The position numbers were made by a program, and so were the translations under genes. The notes under the pieces were generated by a model that saw only the letters and a program-made list of their open reading frames with translations, ran no database searches and was not told the DNA's origin. A stretch of DNA of 64,000 nucleotides from Tubiluchus corallicola. Taxonomy: Eukaryota > Animalia > Priapulida. Each line of letters begins with the position of its first letter. Position 1 is the stretch's first letter. The stretch lies in NCBI GenBank assembly GCA_030141605.1, contig JAQGDQ010000044.1:682001-746000 (forward strand), written 5' to 3'. Below, piece after piece: positions 13,306 to 26,291 of this stretch.

Positions 13306-14125
13306 TATTGTTTAAGAATTTTGTGTTAAGCCAATGATACACGGCCGCCACAAGACAAACCGGCAGACGTCGGCCGTGATAAAATGACCGCCCAAATTAG
13401 ACTACATTAATTTCAAATCAAAGATGAAACGCGGAGTTTATGGAAGTGGCCGTGAAGACAGCAGCCGTTCTAAAACAGAAATGAGTTCTATTTTGTACAG
13501 TATGCACCAGCCGGCCAAGGGTTTTATCCAATCAGGGATCAGTATTCCAGCATTGGTTTTTGCTTTTCCCGCGACGTATTGTAACACGGTATGCATGAAT
13601 GCTGTACGTATAATAGATAGATGGTTTATGTTAAGTGAATTTAACTTAAGCCTGAAGAATACTTGCATCATGCATTTAACAGAAGCCATGTAACCATTTA
13701 AACTTGATTTAATAAGTTCACTATTTTACTTGACAAAAATTCCGCAGTTTTTAGCGTAACCTTATGCAACGGTTCAATACTATGCAAGATGTATTTCCGT
13801 TTTTCCCACTTAAATTGTAATGTGATGGTCGATATCAGAAAACTTCAGAATTTTTCAAAAACCAAACCGAATCGCGGATGTATGGCTGAATTTCAGTAGA
13901 CTCCGGGCCAAATCAGGAGGATGGCAACCCTAGCAGTGATACAAAAATTGAACTTAAAAAACAAGATAACCCACTAAACAATTGATTATAGATCTAAATT
14001 TCAACGTTAAAACACTACCCATGAGTACTTAAAACTAAACAGTGACGAAATGTTTGGCTGTACGGTCGTCATTAATGCTGCGCTCCCTTCTACACGGACG
14101 GCTGCGTATCAGATCTTTCGTTAGT

Positions 14126-15775
14126 TTGATTGAATGATTGAATATCTTTATTGACATAAACATATGATAATAACGATGTAATAATTCATGTGTTAATTAA
14201 TACTGTAAAATGTTATTAAAGCTGTTTCCAGCCCACTTGGGCTTACAAGTCAATTTCATGAAAATTTATCACATAATAACTGTGCAGTTCATTTACATAG
14301 AATATCAAATAAAAGAATATATATAATATGGAATTTTAACATATACCTGAATGGACAAGTCATGTATTAAATATATATCTTGCTTTGCCTCATTCTAAAA
14401 ATCTTATAAGCATATTTTGCAGTCCTAAGGACATTCTCTTCTGACATAATATATTTCCATTTATTTACATTATCTAATTGTTCCGGGTCCATGTTAATAT
14501 CTTGGAAAAATTCTTCTCTCTCTAGTCTATAATGTGTACAAACAAACATAAAGTGAGATTCATCTTCTACATCTCCACAGCAACATATCTTACACAAACG
14601 TTCACCAACCTTAACATTTCTAAACCTACCATGCTCCAGTTCCAGGGGAAGAGTACCACTTCTTAGCTTTGCAAGCACAGACCTGTATTTTCCTTGCATA
14701 TTAATATAAACATATGGTTCTACTCCAAAGCTGTTCTTATACAATATATATGTTCTAAGTTTAGGGTAATCTGCATTTTTTGCTTTCCAATCAACACATT
14801 GTTTCTCATACAGCTGTGCCCATGCTCTGCTAAGAGGTACAGTATCCATATTAACAAAAGCTTGCTGGAACCCTGCTTCCTCTAGGACTTTAGAAATTTC
14901 ATATGACCAACCAACGTTGGTATTACAGTCCCAAAGAAATATTCTCTTAACAAGTCTAGAATTATCAAGTGTTAAAAGACGATTCCAATACCTTATCATA
15001 GATGACTTTCTTCTAACTGAAGATGGTGACCATCCCATATCACCCTGTATACATTGATTAGCAGCAAAATTATGAACACCAAGAAATATTCTTAATGCCT
15101 TATTCTGGACAGTATCAATTTTAGGGTACTTGTTATATCCCCATACTTCTGAACCATAATCAAGTATAGGACATACACCTGCATTGAATAACTTAGTAAA
15201 AGAATAATAACCCAGCCCATTTAACTTTTTATATTTACCAATCAAGGCATCCAGTGCTCTACTGCCTGAGTCTGCCAGTACTAGTGCTGTAACCTTATAA
15301 TCTAAATGTTCATTAAGATAAATCCCCAGATACTTATACCTATCTACAGTGCTCAAAATCTGATCACTAAGTTTAAATAGTACATCAGTTTGATTCACTT
15401 GGGGTTTTCTGAAATGGACAACATTTGACTTTTTACTGTTAAATTTGATTCTCCATTTCTTTCCCCACTCAGTGATCTTATCTAACATTTTCTGAAGATC
15501 TTCTTCAGATTCTGCTAAAATTACAACGTCATCAGCATACATTAAAATACAAATCTTATCATTACCAACAGGAATACCAATATTTAGGGACTTTACATCA
15601 TCTGCCATATCATTTATATACCAGCTGAACAGGGTTGGTGACAAAGTGTCTCCCTGCCTGACACCATATTCACATTTAAATTTATCAGTGAGGATACCAT
15701 TTAGATTCACAGCACTATAGGTATCTGAAAGAATATTCTTAATGCTGCTATACATTTTGCCATCCACTATTACAT
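14126..15775 (-). mobile_element. 5'-truncated LINE (L2/Crack/Daphne-like) with intact RT-to-C-terminus ORF
   Basis: Contains ORF 14367-15767; the 3' UTR ends with AATAAA plus a short (TTCAA/ATC) tail near 14126-14152. Confidence 0.9.
14367..15767 (-). CDS. Non-LTR retrotransposon reverse transcriptase (partial ORF2, 466 aa)
   Basis: GVRQGDTLSPTLF, YADD and YKYLGI motifs; C-terminal CxxC...EDESHF..C motif. Confidence 0.93.
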   Translation of the reverse strand: MDGKMYSSIKNILSDTYSAVNLNGILTDKFKCEYGVRQGDTLSPTLFSWYINDMADDVKSLNIGIPVGNDKICILMYADDVVILAESEEDLQKMLDKITEWGKKWRIKFNSKKSNVVHFRKPQVNQTDVLFKLSDQILSTVDRYKYLGIYLNEHLDYKVTALVLADSGSRALDALIGKYKKLNGLGYYSFTKLFNAGVCPILDYGSEVWGYNKYPKIDTVQNKALRIFLGVHNFAANQCIQGDMGWSPSSVRRKSSMIRYWNRLLTLDNSRLVKRIFLWDCNTNVGWSYEISKVLEEAGFQQAFVNMDTVPLSRAWAQLYEKQCVDWKAKNADYPKLRTYILYKNSFGVEPYVYINMQGKYRSVLAKLRSGTLPLELEHGRFRNVKVGERLCKICCCGDVEDESHFMFVCTHYRLEREEFFQDINMDPEQLDNVNKWKYIMSEENVLRTAKYAYKIFRMRQSKIYI

Positions 15776-16437
15776 GTTAGTAATAAAATAATTTGTTCGT
15801 AATTTGTCTGTATTAAAGGAATAGCTGGTATTCAACATAGGGCAGATCCAGACTGCTACTTGTTGCAGAGCCAGAATTCAGACCACACCTGTTTGTCAAG
15901 GATAAACCTGTGAGACGAGATAGTGAAAAAATACAGGTAAGTAATTCTACCTCTGCCTGCATAATCAGATGCACACCGTGGATGTCTCTACGACTTAACC
16001 AGACTAGGTCCCTCAACGACTTAGCGAGAGAAATAACCTGCGAATGGCGCATCATTTTACTAAATAGGTCGAGTTCTATGACTGCTTAACCATGGCTTCG
16101 CATTATCTACGAAGCTCCATTTAACCATTATTATTGCCCTAAACATAGTCTGTTAATTTATTCATTATGATTCATAGAATCGGTTAGTAGATTATATTGA
16201 TATTAAAGCATGTTTTTTGGTATCTGTGAGAAATTCACGAATCCCACTTCAAACTTTTCAAGCTAATGAACATAAATAAATCAAAGTTCTTGTAACGCGT
16301 TTTCATCATTGATGGTTGCACAAATCATGTTGATGTCAGATAGCAACACTTAACAAGTATGTCAGATAACTTAATTAATAAACATTTTCATTGTGGTAGT
16401 TCTGTAGATTGCTGATGCCGATAGCTTAGCCTTCAAG

Positions 16438-16492
16438 ATGTTTGACAAGAAAGTTGCTTTGTGTCTAACATTGTCCATTCTCTGGCTGCAAA
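16438..16492 (+). CDS. Ly6/uPAR (LYPD6-like) gene, coding exon 1: signal peptide
   Basis: ATG...MFDKKVALCLTLSILWLQ then a GTAAGT donor (phase 1) that matches the next exon's phase. Confidence 0.75.
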
Positions 16493-16736
16493 GTAAGTAA
16501 CTCAGCATAAAAAAGTTGTTTTTGATTTTGGTAAATTTGCTAACCTTTAGTCGTAACTCAAGCCGGTCGCCTGATAGTGATTCGACTCTCTACTATAGAC
16601 TTTATAATGGTGGTCAGAAAATACTAAATTTCAAACGTTGACTCTCACGTTTTTATATAATTTCCAGTGTACTTCAGGACCGAGTAACGTCTACACTAGC
16701 TCAGCAATTTTGGAGGAGATAGATTATACAGACAGA

Positions 16737-16950
16737 AAAATACTAATTTTAGAAGTTTAGTAGAAAAGTACTAATTTTAGAAGTTTAGTAGAAAAGTACT
16801 AATTTTAGAAGTTTAGTAGAAAAGTACTAATTTTAGAAGTTTAGTAGACAAGTACTAATATTAGAAGTTTAGTAGAAAAGTACTAATTTTAGAAGTTTAG
16901 TAGACAAGTACTAATTTTAGAAGTTTAGTAGACAAGTACTAATTTTAGAA
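16737..16950. repeat. 28-bp minisatellite, about 7.5 copies, intronic
   Basis: Unit AAGTACTAATTTTAGAAGTTTAGTAGA(A/C). Confidence 0.9.
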
Positions 16951-17683
16951 TTTTAAGTTTTATGACCGTTGTTAGGCATTTTTAACGCACAGCTATAGGT
17001 CAGATCCTACCTGCTGTGTAAGCTTTGTTCGAATCGTTTCAGAGATATCGGAGAAAGAGCAAACAAACACAAACAGTCAGACAGATAAAAATTCTAAATT
17101 TTGACTCCTACAACTTTTAGATAATTGTTCATTGTATCACAATATCCAGTTGCGTCTTCACTACCTCAGGAATAGAGATAGATTTTGAAGTCAGAAAAGT
17201 ACCAATCTTAGAAGTTGTTTTTATGCCGCAGGTAAGCGATCGTTGTCAGCATGGCCCCACAGTTTTTTACTGTATAACAAGTGTTCAGGCTGGCTTGGTT
17301 GCTTGCTTGGTTGGTTGGAATTGTATCAGCCGTCCCCGAGGAGTAGCGTGCAGAGGTAGGCAGGAAGGCGGGCGGACAGACAGGCGAACAGACTGATGCG
17401 ACTGAGAATAAAAGTTGGCTAAGTTGTGTTGTCTAATAGGTTAATTAGAGAAATGATAAACGGTATGAAAGCAATGTCAAAGCTTGAAAAGTGCGAAGAG
17501 AGAGAAAAAAGAGAAAGAGAGAGACAGATAGAAAGAGAAGGAGAACAGAAAAGGGAATAGAAGAGATGGTAAAATAATAATTTTTTGTAGTAAAATTAAC
17601 AGGTAAGTTGCAATTTATATCTGTCTGTAACAAATTATGGCTCACCTACTGAGACGGAACTAATGTTTATTTTTGCTTTGCAG

Positions 17684-17886
17684 CACTGTCATATACAACC
17701 GAAGGAAGCTCATCAAATGCAAGATATGGAATCCCTTTATTAGACTTTGAAGATTACTTGCAGTGTTATGAATGTGAAGTATCGTTTCGCAAGACGTACA
17801 ATACGAATGATACCTGTTTTAGTGAAGATAGACTCATCAATAGCAGCTATTGGGTATTTTGCCCGAAAAAGTACAATACCTGCCAG
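17684..17886 (+). CDS. Ly6/uPAR (LYPD6-like) gene, coding exon 2
   Basis: TTTGCAG acceptor; ...LQCYECEVSFRKTYNTNDTCFSEDRLINSSYWVFCPKKYNTCQ; CAG|GTAACT donor (phase 0). Confidence 0.88.
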
Positions 17887-18672
17887 GTAACTACTATAGT
17901 TATTACTAATGTGTTATATGTGGGTCTTAAACGTCATAGTTAATATCTATCCTCTGGGTAATTTGCTTATGACTGTTCTTGCAGCTTCAAATTTGCATGT
18001 TACAGACATTTCTGCAGACAAGTTCTTTACTTTGCTGAGGTGACTTGAACTGCCCAAATTAATACTATAATTAATATTCAGCACTAAAGCAGGTTAATAG
18101 CTGAGTGGTGACGTTCGTGTGTCTCACGACCGAAGTTACGCAACGCTACCGCCTGGGCTCGAATTCGATACTTGCCCTTGGCCATATATCACTCTCCATA
18201 GTGTTTTTGGTTGCTGGCCTTGTGCTTTTGTATCAAAACATGGCTAAGACGCCCCTTCTGGTTCAGTAGCTCACTTGGGTTGCACTTAAGGTTACTGACA
18301 CGAGGTAAGACGCCGATCTCGCCATAAACACCACCTTAAAGTGATCCCGCTGTTTAATGCTGCATTCCTGCTAGCATTGCTCCGCATTATGCAATACAAT
18401 AATGTATGAGAAACTTATCATTGCTGTTGTTTTTCCGGCTAGTGAAGCGAATGATGTTGCACAACAAAGCCACGTTCACACCTCGAATTCGCTCCGGCAA
18501 ATCAGAATTATACGAACCCTTGTGCAAGAGGTGACATGGTTTGGCAATTCGTCACTACACTTGCAACAAAAAGTGTTTATTTTATGCCTTTTTATTACTA
18601 ATATCAAATCTAAAATTTATATCACTTTCAATTGGCATAATTATTAAAATTTATTTTACGTTATTTTTGTAG

Positions 18673-18903
18673 ACGGAGAGAAGAGAAGTGAATGGGGTTC
18701 TTGTTCTCCTCCTGCGGAGATGTGCTAAAGAATGTGAACCTGGCTGTGAGCTGAGTGGTTATGGAGTGACAATAAAATCATGCATTTCCTGTTGTAATTC
18801 AACTCTTTGCAACGTGGACAATTTTGCCTTACTGATGTTGCCGTCCAGAACTACGATAACAGCAGTGCTGCTGATGTTGTTATATTATGAATATTTAATT
18901 TAA
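18673..18903 (+). CDS. Ly6/uPAR (LYPD6-like) gene, coding exon 3 with GPI-type hydrophobic tail
   Basis: TTTTTGTAG acceptor; RRCAKECEPGC...SCISCCNSTLCN (the Ly6 CCxxxxCN signature), then a hydrophobic C-terminus and TAA. The joined protein is 162 aa. Confidence 0.9.
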   Translation, partial: TERREVNGVLVLLLRRCAKECEPGCELSGYGVTIKSCISCCNSTLCNVDNFALLMLPSRTTITAVLLMLLYYEYLI

Positions 18904-19960
18904 TTCCATTTCGTTTTACATTTTATTATGGAAACTGCCGTACACAGCTCATCCTTACATTATGCCCCACATTGCTGGTACCGTGCAACCGAGAAAGCAC
19001 TTTGCAAAACGGTTTTATGAAATTCCATGTAGCATGTAAAAATAGTAGAACCTCGACAATTAAATTTGTAACCAAACATACGTTAAATGCCGTAAACTCA
19101 ATAATGTTTTTCAACTTGTATAAAACTGTTATAAAAATAATGTACCCTGAAAGATGTACATTTTCATGTATTATCTCGTAAGATTATGAAAGGCAGCTAA
19201 CGATAATAAACTTAACTAAAGACTGCATAAGTTGTATAGAAAATACAAATCTTAATTTTTATCAAAGTATCAATTGAGAGAAACGTTAGAATATGTGGGG
19301 ATCTTTTTAAATTAATTGCTTTGTCTTCTTGTATGAAAATAACTTCACTACTTTTTTGTTGTTGTCAGTTTTTAATATATTTAATATACTTTTGCTAATA
19401 GTCTACTAACTTCTTTTAATTGAATCACTTATGTAACTTGACTGTACACGTGTGTTCGAAAATAAATGATGTTAATAATAACAGTTTACCTGCTAGTCAT
19501 AATGTTGCTGCTTCTGTTACTGGTGCTGCTGATGACGATGATAATAATAATGGTGATGACATGATGGCATGTATTATGGCACTGGCGATGATGATGACAC
19601 GACTGTGATAGTGATGGTGAGAGAGACAGTGATGATGACTGAGATTATGGTGATGAAGACGATGAAGACAATGACGAACGGTGATTAATTTCTTCATTTT
19701 ACTGGCAGCACCAACAATAATTTAGTTAATTTTGAGTTCAGTTTGGTATCATGATATTATGTTATTAAACTTTAGTAATTCTATTTAGATGTAACCATAT
19801 TGTAGTATCATTTTACATTAAGAAAGATTATACATTATATTTTGTGTATACTTAATGTTGCCATAATATTTTGCGATAAATTAAACATAATTTCTTTTTC
19901 TCTATGAAAGTTAACATGTTTCCTGACGAATGCTCGCTGGTAAAAAACATTGGTGTAGCT

Positions 19961-20662
19961 ATTGCTAAAGTGTTTGCCTGTCACGGAAAGGTGCAAAAAA
20001 GTGACATTTGAATTACTCAGCACGTATATATTGCTAAAACTTTTGCTTGACACGGTGATGTACTGTTCAAAGTGACATTTGAATTACTCAGAGCGTATAT
20101 ATTGCTAAAACTTTTGCTTGACACGGTGAGGTACTGTTGAACATTTGAATCACTCACAGCGCATACATTGCTAAAACTTTCCCCTGTCTCGGTGAGGTTC
20201 TGTTGAACATTTGACTCACTCACAGTGCATACATTGCTAAAACTTTCCCCTGTCACGGTGAGGTACTGTTGAACATTTGAATCACTCACAGCATATACAT
20301 TGCTAAAACTTTCCCCTGTCACGGTGAGGTACTGTTCAACAATTGAATTACTCACAGCGAATACATTGCTAAAACTTTTGACTGTCACAGTGAGGTACTG
20401 TTGAACATTTTAATCACTCACAGCATATACATTGCTAAAACTTTCCCCTGTCACGGTGAGGTACTGTTGAACATTTGAATCACTCACAGCGCATACATTG
20501 CTAAAACTTTCCCCTGTCACGGTGAGGTACTGTTGAACATTTGAATCACTCACAGCGCATACATTGCTAAAACTTTCCCCTGTTACGGTGAGGTACTATT
20601 GATTATTTGAATCACTCACAGCGCATACATTGCTAAAACTTTTGACTGTCACAGTGAGGTAC
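19961..20662. repeat. 66-bp tandem array (about 10.5 units) spanning the stop codon and 3' UTR of the minus-strand gene
   Basis: CTAAA anchor at 19965, 20034, 20105, 20171, 20237, 20303, 20369, 20435, 20501, 20567 and 20633. Confidence 0.95.
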
Positions 20663-21277
20663 AGTGAAAGTAACATTTGAAGCTGAATCTGTGTCTCTAA
20701 AGTCCTCTGCCTGGCGAACAGCAGAACTTATTACTGGACACGAGGACGCGTGAGCATCCCGTAGCTGCTGACGAAATGGAAATGTGGTGCCATGCTGTAA
20801 ATTGTTTCTACAGCTTGTAACAGTTGGAGTGTCAACTGAACTCCGTGTCGTCCGCATTGTATTCTGACTAGCACCATCACTAACTTCTAATACTACACGG
20901 TTTATATCACTTGTATCACTCGGTGTGGCTAGATTAACACGCGTTTCATTGTTCCTAGCTCCTCTGCGGTTGTCTGTTGGCGACGACCTTGATACGTACC
21001 GAGTTAAGGATGCCGGATTTAGTTTGATAGCTTCCTGATATGGTGGGAGCACTCCACTTCCGGTGGACATTGTGGATTCCTCCCGAGTGAAAAGGCCGCG
21101 ACGTTGAGCAATGACAGAATGACTTGGATTGATAATGCTGATGGATCGACCAAGGACGGATGTAACTGGACGACTATGGATTAATGCTTGACTGTAAGAC
21201 GGCGGAAGGTCCTGCGCCATTTGACCCTCCTCATGCGTTGCTGATGTATGGGCAACTGGAGAAACTTGTTCAAGGTA
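20633..21277 (-). CDS. Type I membrane protein, exon 4: cytoplasmic tail with PPSY and LPPY motifs
   Basis: TTTTTTTGCAG acceptor in phase 0; long S/T/R-rich ORF containing DLPPSYSQA and VLPPYQEA; TAG at 20633-20635. Confidence 0.8.
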   Translation of the reverse strand, partial: YLEQVSPVAHTSATHEEGQMAQDLPPSYSQALIHSRPVTSVLGRSISIINPSHSVIAQRRGLFTREESTMSTGSGVLPPYQEAIKLNPASLTRYVSRSSPTDNRRGARNNETRVNLATPSDTSDINRVVLEVSDGASQNTMRTTRSSVDTPTVTSCRNNLQHGTTFPFRQQLRDAHASSCPVISSAVRQAEDFRDTDSASNVTFTVPHCDSQKF

Positions 21278-21518
21278 CTGCAAAAAAATTGTATATATAG
21301 CAAAAAAGTATAAAAACAGGTTATCTGGGTATGGATAGGTATACACAGTGAACAATAAGTGGAACAGGCAAGTTTGACATTCCCTGGTGCTTATAAATGA
21401 TGTCTTACATCAGTCCCCTCAGTCTTGGCACCTCCTGGGCTCAATTTAGGGTTTGTTCCAAGTTAACTTGTAAACTGAAGTTGGTATAGAGATAGATACA
21501 AACAAACAATACTACTAT

Positions 21519-22050
<532 letters not shown>

Positions 22051-22278
22051 GTCTAAAAATCATTTGTTACAGGAAGTAGGCTGAACAATAAATGAATTTT
22101 GTAGATAAAACAGCGGTGTAGTTAACGGGCTGTTAGGGCTGCATTTCTATATAAAGAAAAACATATATCCGCTGCTTGCATATTCCACTATCTCTTAAGC
22201 GTTAGCATTTTTATAATTGAGTATAATCGCTCACTAACACCTATCTAACTTAGGCTTATTTAACTAATTAATAATTAC

Positions 22279-22391
22279 CTGTCCATATCGTCGTCTGACA
22301 TAGAAACAAAAGCTGTAGACTAGAACGGCTACAAACGCCATCGTAAAGAGTAGCAAAATCGTAGACTGCAGGCTCGTTGTCGAAGATTTAT
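22279..22391 (-). CDS. Type I membrane protein, exon 3: transmembrane helix
   Basis: TAG acceptor; ILLLFTMAFVAVLVYSFCFYV-RRR (TM plus basic stop-transfer); CAG|GTAATT donor; phases 1 to 0. Confidence 0.82.
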
Positions 22392-23350
22392 CTATAAGCA
22401 TTAAAAAATGTAATTTACAACGACTAATGCTTGGATATACTATTTTAGAGGTACGTATTTGTAGTGCCATCCCGCTATTAGTATATAAAATGGAAAGCAA
22501 GTTAGTTAGTTCTCCAAAACGCTTGCTGTATATGATTTATAAAAGTTGGCGATAGATGACGCTGTACTACAATGTGCTTTGGTCTGAAACTGCATGCCAA
22601 TGACAGCAAATGAATGTTAAATAATCGTTGCAATGTAAGAATAAAGCAGTCAGTAAGACATCGCTTGCACGTATGTCTTTGTAAAAACGAGAAAATTATA
22701 ACTAATAAACATAGATGCTCACGTGTTGATTTTGTTGGTGTTAAGGTAAAATTTGCAGGCAGAGGAGTAGTTCCACGGGGTGGCACCAGTGTCACCTTAC
22801 TATTGTTTTGTAAGCCTGAAATCAATTTATAAATAATACGTAAATAAAAATATTCCACGGTAAAAAGTCATCATCAAAATACGATGTATTATTTAACAAA
22901 AATTGTCGAAACAAACAAGCCAAACAGGTTTCATTTCCGTTGTCTTAATTTAATCAGTTTCACATCTTGATCAGATCAACTATATTAACAGCTCAAGTAA
23001 TTAATAGTCAGTAAGACTTAACTGGGGAAAAGGGGCGCATTTCTATATTAAGAAAAGAACTGAATGTCCCACCTAAGACGTAACTGTTTTTAATGGAGCA
23101 ATGTCAGACGTTAGTCGTTATGACCCACACTGCGTAGGACAAATGAGAATAAAAAGGTTGACTAGGTCTTTTTTGTCATCGTGCTGCGTGGTTTTTTTTG
23201 AAAGAGGGTTTTTGAAAGACCACATCATTCTAGAATCCCAAGTTTATAGATTTTATCAAGTTTATAGATTTTATCATAATACACTAATGAAACCTATAAA
23301 TCAATTTATGTAAACCCAAAGAAAAGTATGTGTCATTGCTTTGTACTTAC

Positions 23351-23515
23351 ACAGCAGTTCCGTACAGACATTTGAATCATTCTCACAGGAAGCATAGCAA
23401 CCGCAACTTCCGGCCAGGCATTTTGGAAACAGATTCGACTCGATGTTCAACTTCACCTTGCAGACTCGCGCACAAAATAGACTGCAGAAATCGTCCCGGG
23501 TGCAAACAGCGTTTC
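23351..23515 (-). CDS. Type I membrane protein, exon 2: 9-Cys ectodomain
   Basis: TTTTCAG acceptor and GTAAGT donor, 165 nt, phase 1-1: NAVCTRDDFCSLFCARVCKVKLNIESNLFPKCLAGSCGCYASCENDSNVCTELL. Confidence 0.8.
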
Positions 23516-23725
23516 CTGAAAATGAGTAATTTGGTAATTACTACGGGGCAGGTAACTGATGACCTTTATGAACACATTAAGAGTAGATGGTAAAGAGACA
23601 TTCCGAATCTCAGATACACGAATGGAGATTTTAAGGAAAAGCTATAGCTATGCACTACCTACTGATGTAACTATTATAGGCAATGAAACCTCATTTCTAT
23701 TTCTTAGAAAGTGGATGGATTAAAT

Positions 23726-23756
<31 letters not shown>

Positions 23757-25104
23757 TACTGAAAAATTTATAATGGTTGTTGTAGGTATTTAAACACTGT
23801 CAGGGCTTTATTACTCTCATATTTTTTCAACAGTGAAATTTTACTGTGTACATATAGCAAATATTATGAGAAGAATTGTACCAAAATAGTTAAAGGAAAA
23901 AGTACCAAATAGGAAAACAGGGCGATGTTTCAAACTCTGCATCATTTTGACCTATGATCTGACATATGTACTTTTTACCTGTATTGACAAGGCTATATAT
24001 ATATTATATAGGTTATAATTATATTAGGTTAGGTTATGTCATGCAATGCTGAGTCAAGTCTTTTGTGTTATGTAACACAAAGTCAGGTCACATTCAGATA
24101 AACTGAAACAGCTTCTATGTCTTGTTTTGTCAAACTGCACAAAGGATCAAATGCAAAAACTCAACTGTTTATATATATATTAACCTATTATATATTTGGA
24201 ATTCTCACTATTTCTGAATAACAATCTCTATGCTGTTTTTGTGAATGGGCTGAGTAGTCACCGTTGCATGCAAAGTTAAACAACTCGGGGCTTAGTTGTT
24301 AAATGGATGAGTGCCTGTTGCGGAAAAACTGCTGACGAGAGTTTCAACTTCTATTCTGCTCTGAAGTCGAGAAGTTGCATACGCATTCACATATAATTAA
24401 GACGCTTTGTCGGTTCAATGTTTTATCTTCAACGATTATATATATTTATACAAGCCAGCCAAAAATATAAAATTTTAAATGATCCTTGGTAATAAACAGC
24501 GTTCTGGCCCCGCCATGTCTGACGGTATTCTAGCAGGGTGTAAAGTGGTTCTAAAATCAGTTCCAACGTTCTCCAACTTTAGCAGATAAGTGACCCGAAT
24601 ACTAGGAAGCGGTAAAAGTGCCCATGTTTTTGGATCATATCTCGCTTTAAACCAGTTTCAGCAAACCAAAATTATTGATCATCTTTTTTTGTTACTTTGC
24701 AATCTGCGTCAGAGAATTTTTGCGAAGAATATGGCTTTGGTGGGATTGAAAAAATGCCGCTAAACAACCCTGCTTAAAACACGTGCTATACTTTACATCG
24801 AAGGCTGCTTTTTGAATTAGGATCCTATATTAAGTTAAAAGAACGCACAGAAGGGGCGCTAACTGGCTTGGACATCACTAATGACCACCATAGTAACAGG
24901 CGTTCCAGTGATCATTTGTTAAAGTGTTAAGAAGTGAATGATTAGGACACTCGGGATACCCATAAAGCGAATTTACAACCATCAGTCGGTTGCCGTAACT
25001 CGGACAACGGACAGCTTTAGTGCAGGTATGTGATCAGGTGACATTTTCAGCACGCACAGCAGCTGAATGGTCACGATATGTGCTTGGGTTACGGCATACC
25101 ACAG

Positions 25105-25260
25105 GAATAGCTCGAAGGTGCCGTCCTTGCTTCTGATGCGAGAAGTGGTGGGTTCAATTCCACGGCCGAGTCATACTAAAGACTTGAAAAATAGTACCGC
25201 ATGTTCTTTGACCTAGCACGTGGAATAGTTGAAGTAACATTCGGGTAATAATAAACAATT
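25105..25260 (+). mobile_element. tRNA-derived SINE remnant
   Basis: A-box-like TAGCTCGAAGG, B-box GGTTCAATTCC, then a GGCCGAGTCATACTAAAGACTTGAAAAATAGTAC body. Other tRNA-like heads lie near 4975, 9535, 18095, 30800(-), 30995(-), 40380 and 53700. Confidence 0.55.
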
Positions 25261-25550
25261 CACAGCTTCAGTTGGAAGAATATCCTTGAAAATGAGCTAG
25301 ATTCCGATCCCGTTGCAACAATCCAGACTTTTCAGTAATGCAGCACAAATTGGTGGGCATCCTGCTAGTTTTCTAAGAAGAAACTGCAGTAAGTTAGATA
25401 CATAGTTTAAGCTTACTAAATGGAGTAAAAGAACTTGTTGAATTGCAGAATTCACCAGAAGTTCTAGACCATAAATTTATCATGCTGCATTAAAGGTTAG
25501 AAATTGGTAAGTTCTGGTCTCCCCTCTCTCTCTCTCTTTCACTCTCTTCC

Positions 25551-25599
<49 letters not shown>

Positions 25600-26291
25600 A
25601 TCTCCCGCTCTTTCTCTTGCATCGCTTCATCCTCTCTTTTTGTATCTTTCTCTCTATCCCCCTCGTACTGTCTCTCTTCTTTCTCTTCCCCCTCTCACTG
25701 TCTTCTGTTCTCCCAGTGTTCCTTTTTTCTTTTTACTGTCTTTTGCTCCCAATCCCTGTAGCAACTAAAACTTACTTCACTGTCCTTGCAAAAACGTTAA
25801 GTGAAACATGGAATCTGCTCACTGTCAAATATAGTCATTCTAAATAAAGTGAGTACGTATTTTTTAACCTCACTTTTCTTAAACCAACAGAGGTGTTTTA
25901 GCTACTTTGTGTAAATTTGTTTATGGCAAACATCCTTTCTCATGGAAAGAAACAGCTTCTGGCAAATTAGACTAATCATTTTCGTGGCGGTCTGCTTATC
26001 TTCACAGTAGGAGCGCACTCAGCTTCTTTGCACTGAAATACCTGCTTCATCGTACTAACTAACGGTCGTGTCTCATTCTAGTCAATATACAAACAATGCC
26101 TACTTCATTAGCAGCATTACAAGTTTATGACAATCAGCGTCACTTATTCTTGACCAGACACAGGAGTCCCTAAACGTAGGCCTTGACTAATGTTTACGTG
26201 GCAGCATCCATAGAGGTACACCCATTTACAAGGGCCATTTTTATCATCTTTTTCTCGGCAAACTTGCATTATGTGCTAAAAACTCATCGCC

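Noticed and set aside
20017-20388. 123-aa ORF with 22-aa repeats, and a CRISPR-like periodic array
   Set aside because: It is a continuous 66-bp tandem repeat with no unique spacers and no cas genes, in a eukaryotic context; neighbouring units contain stops.
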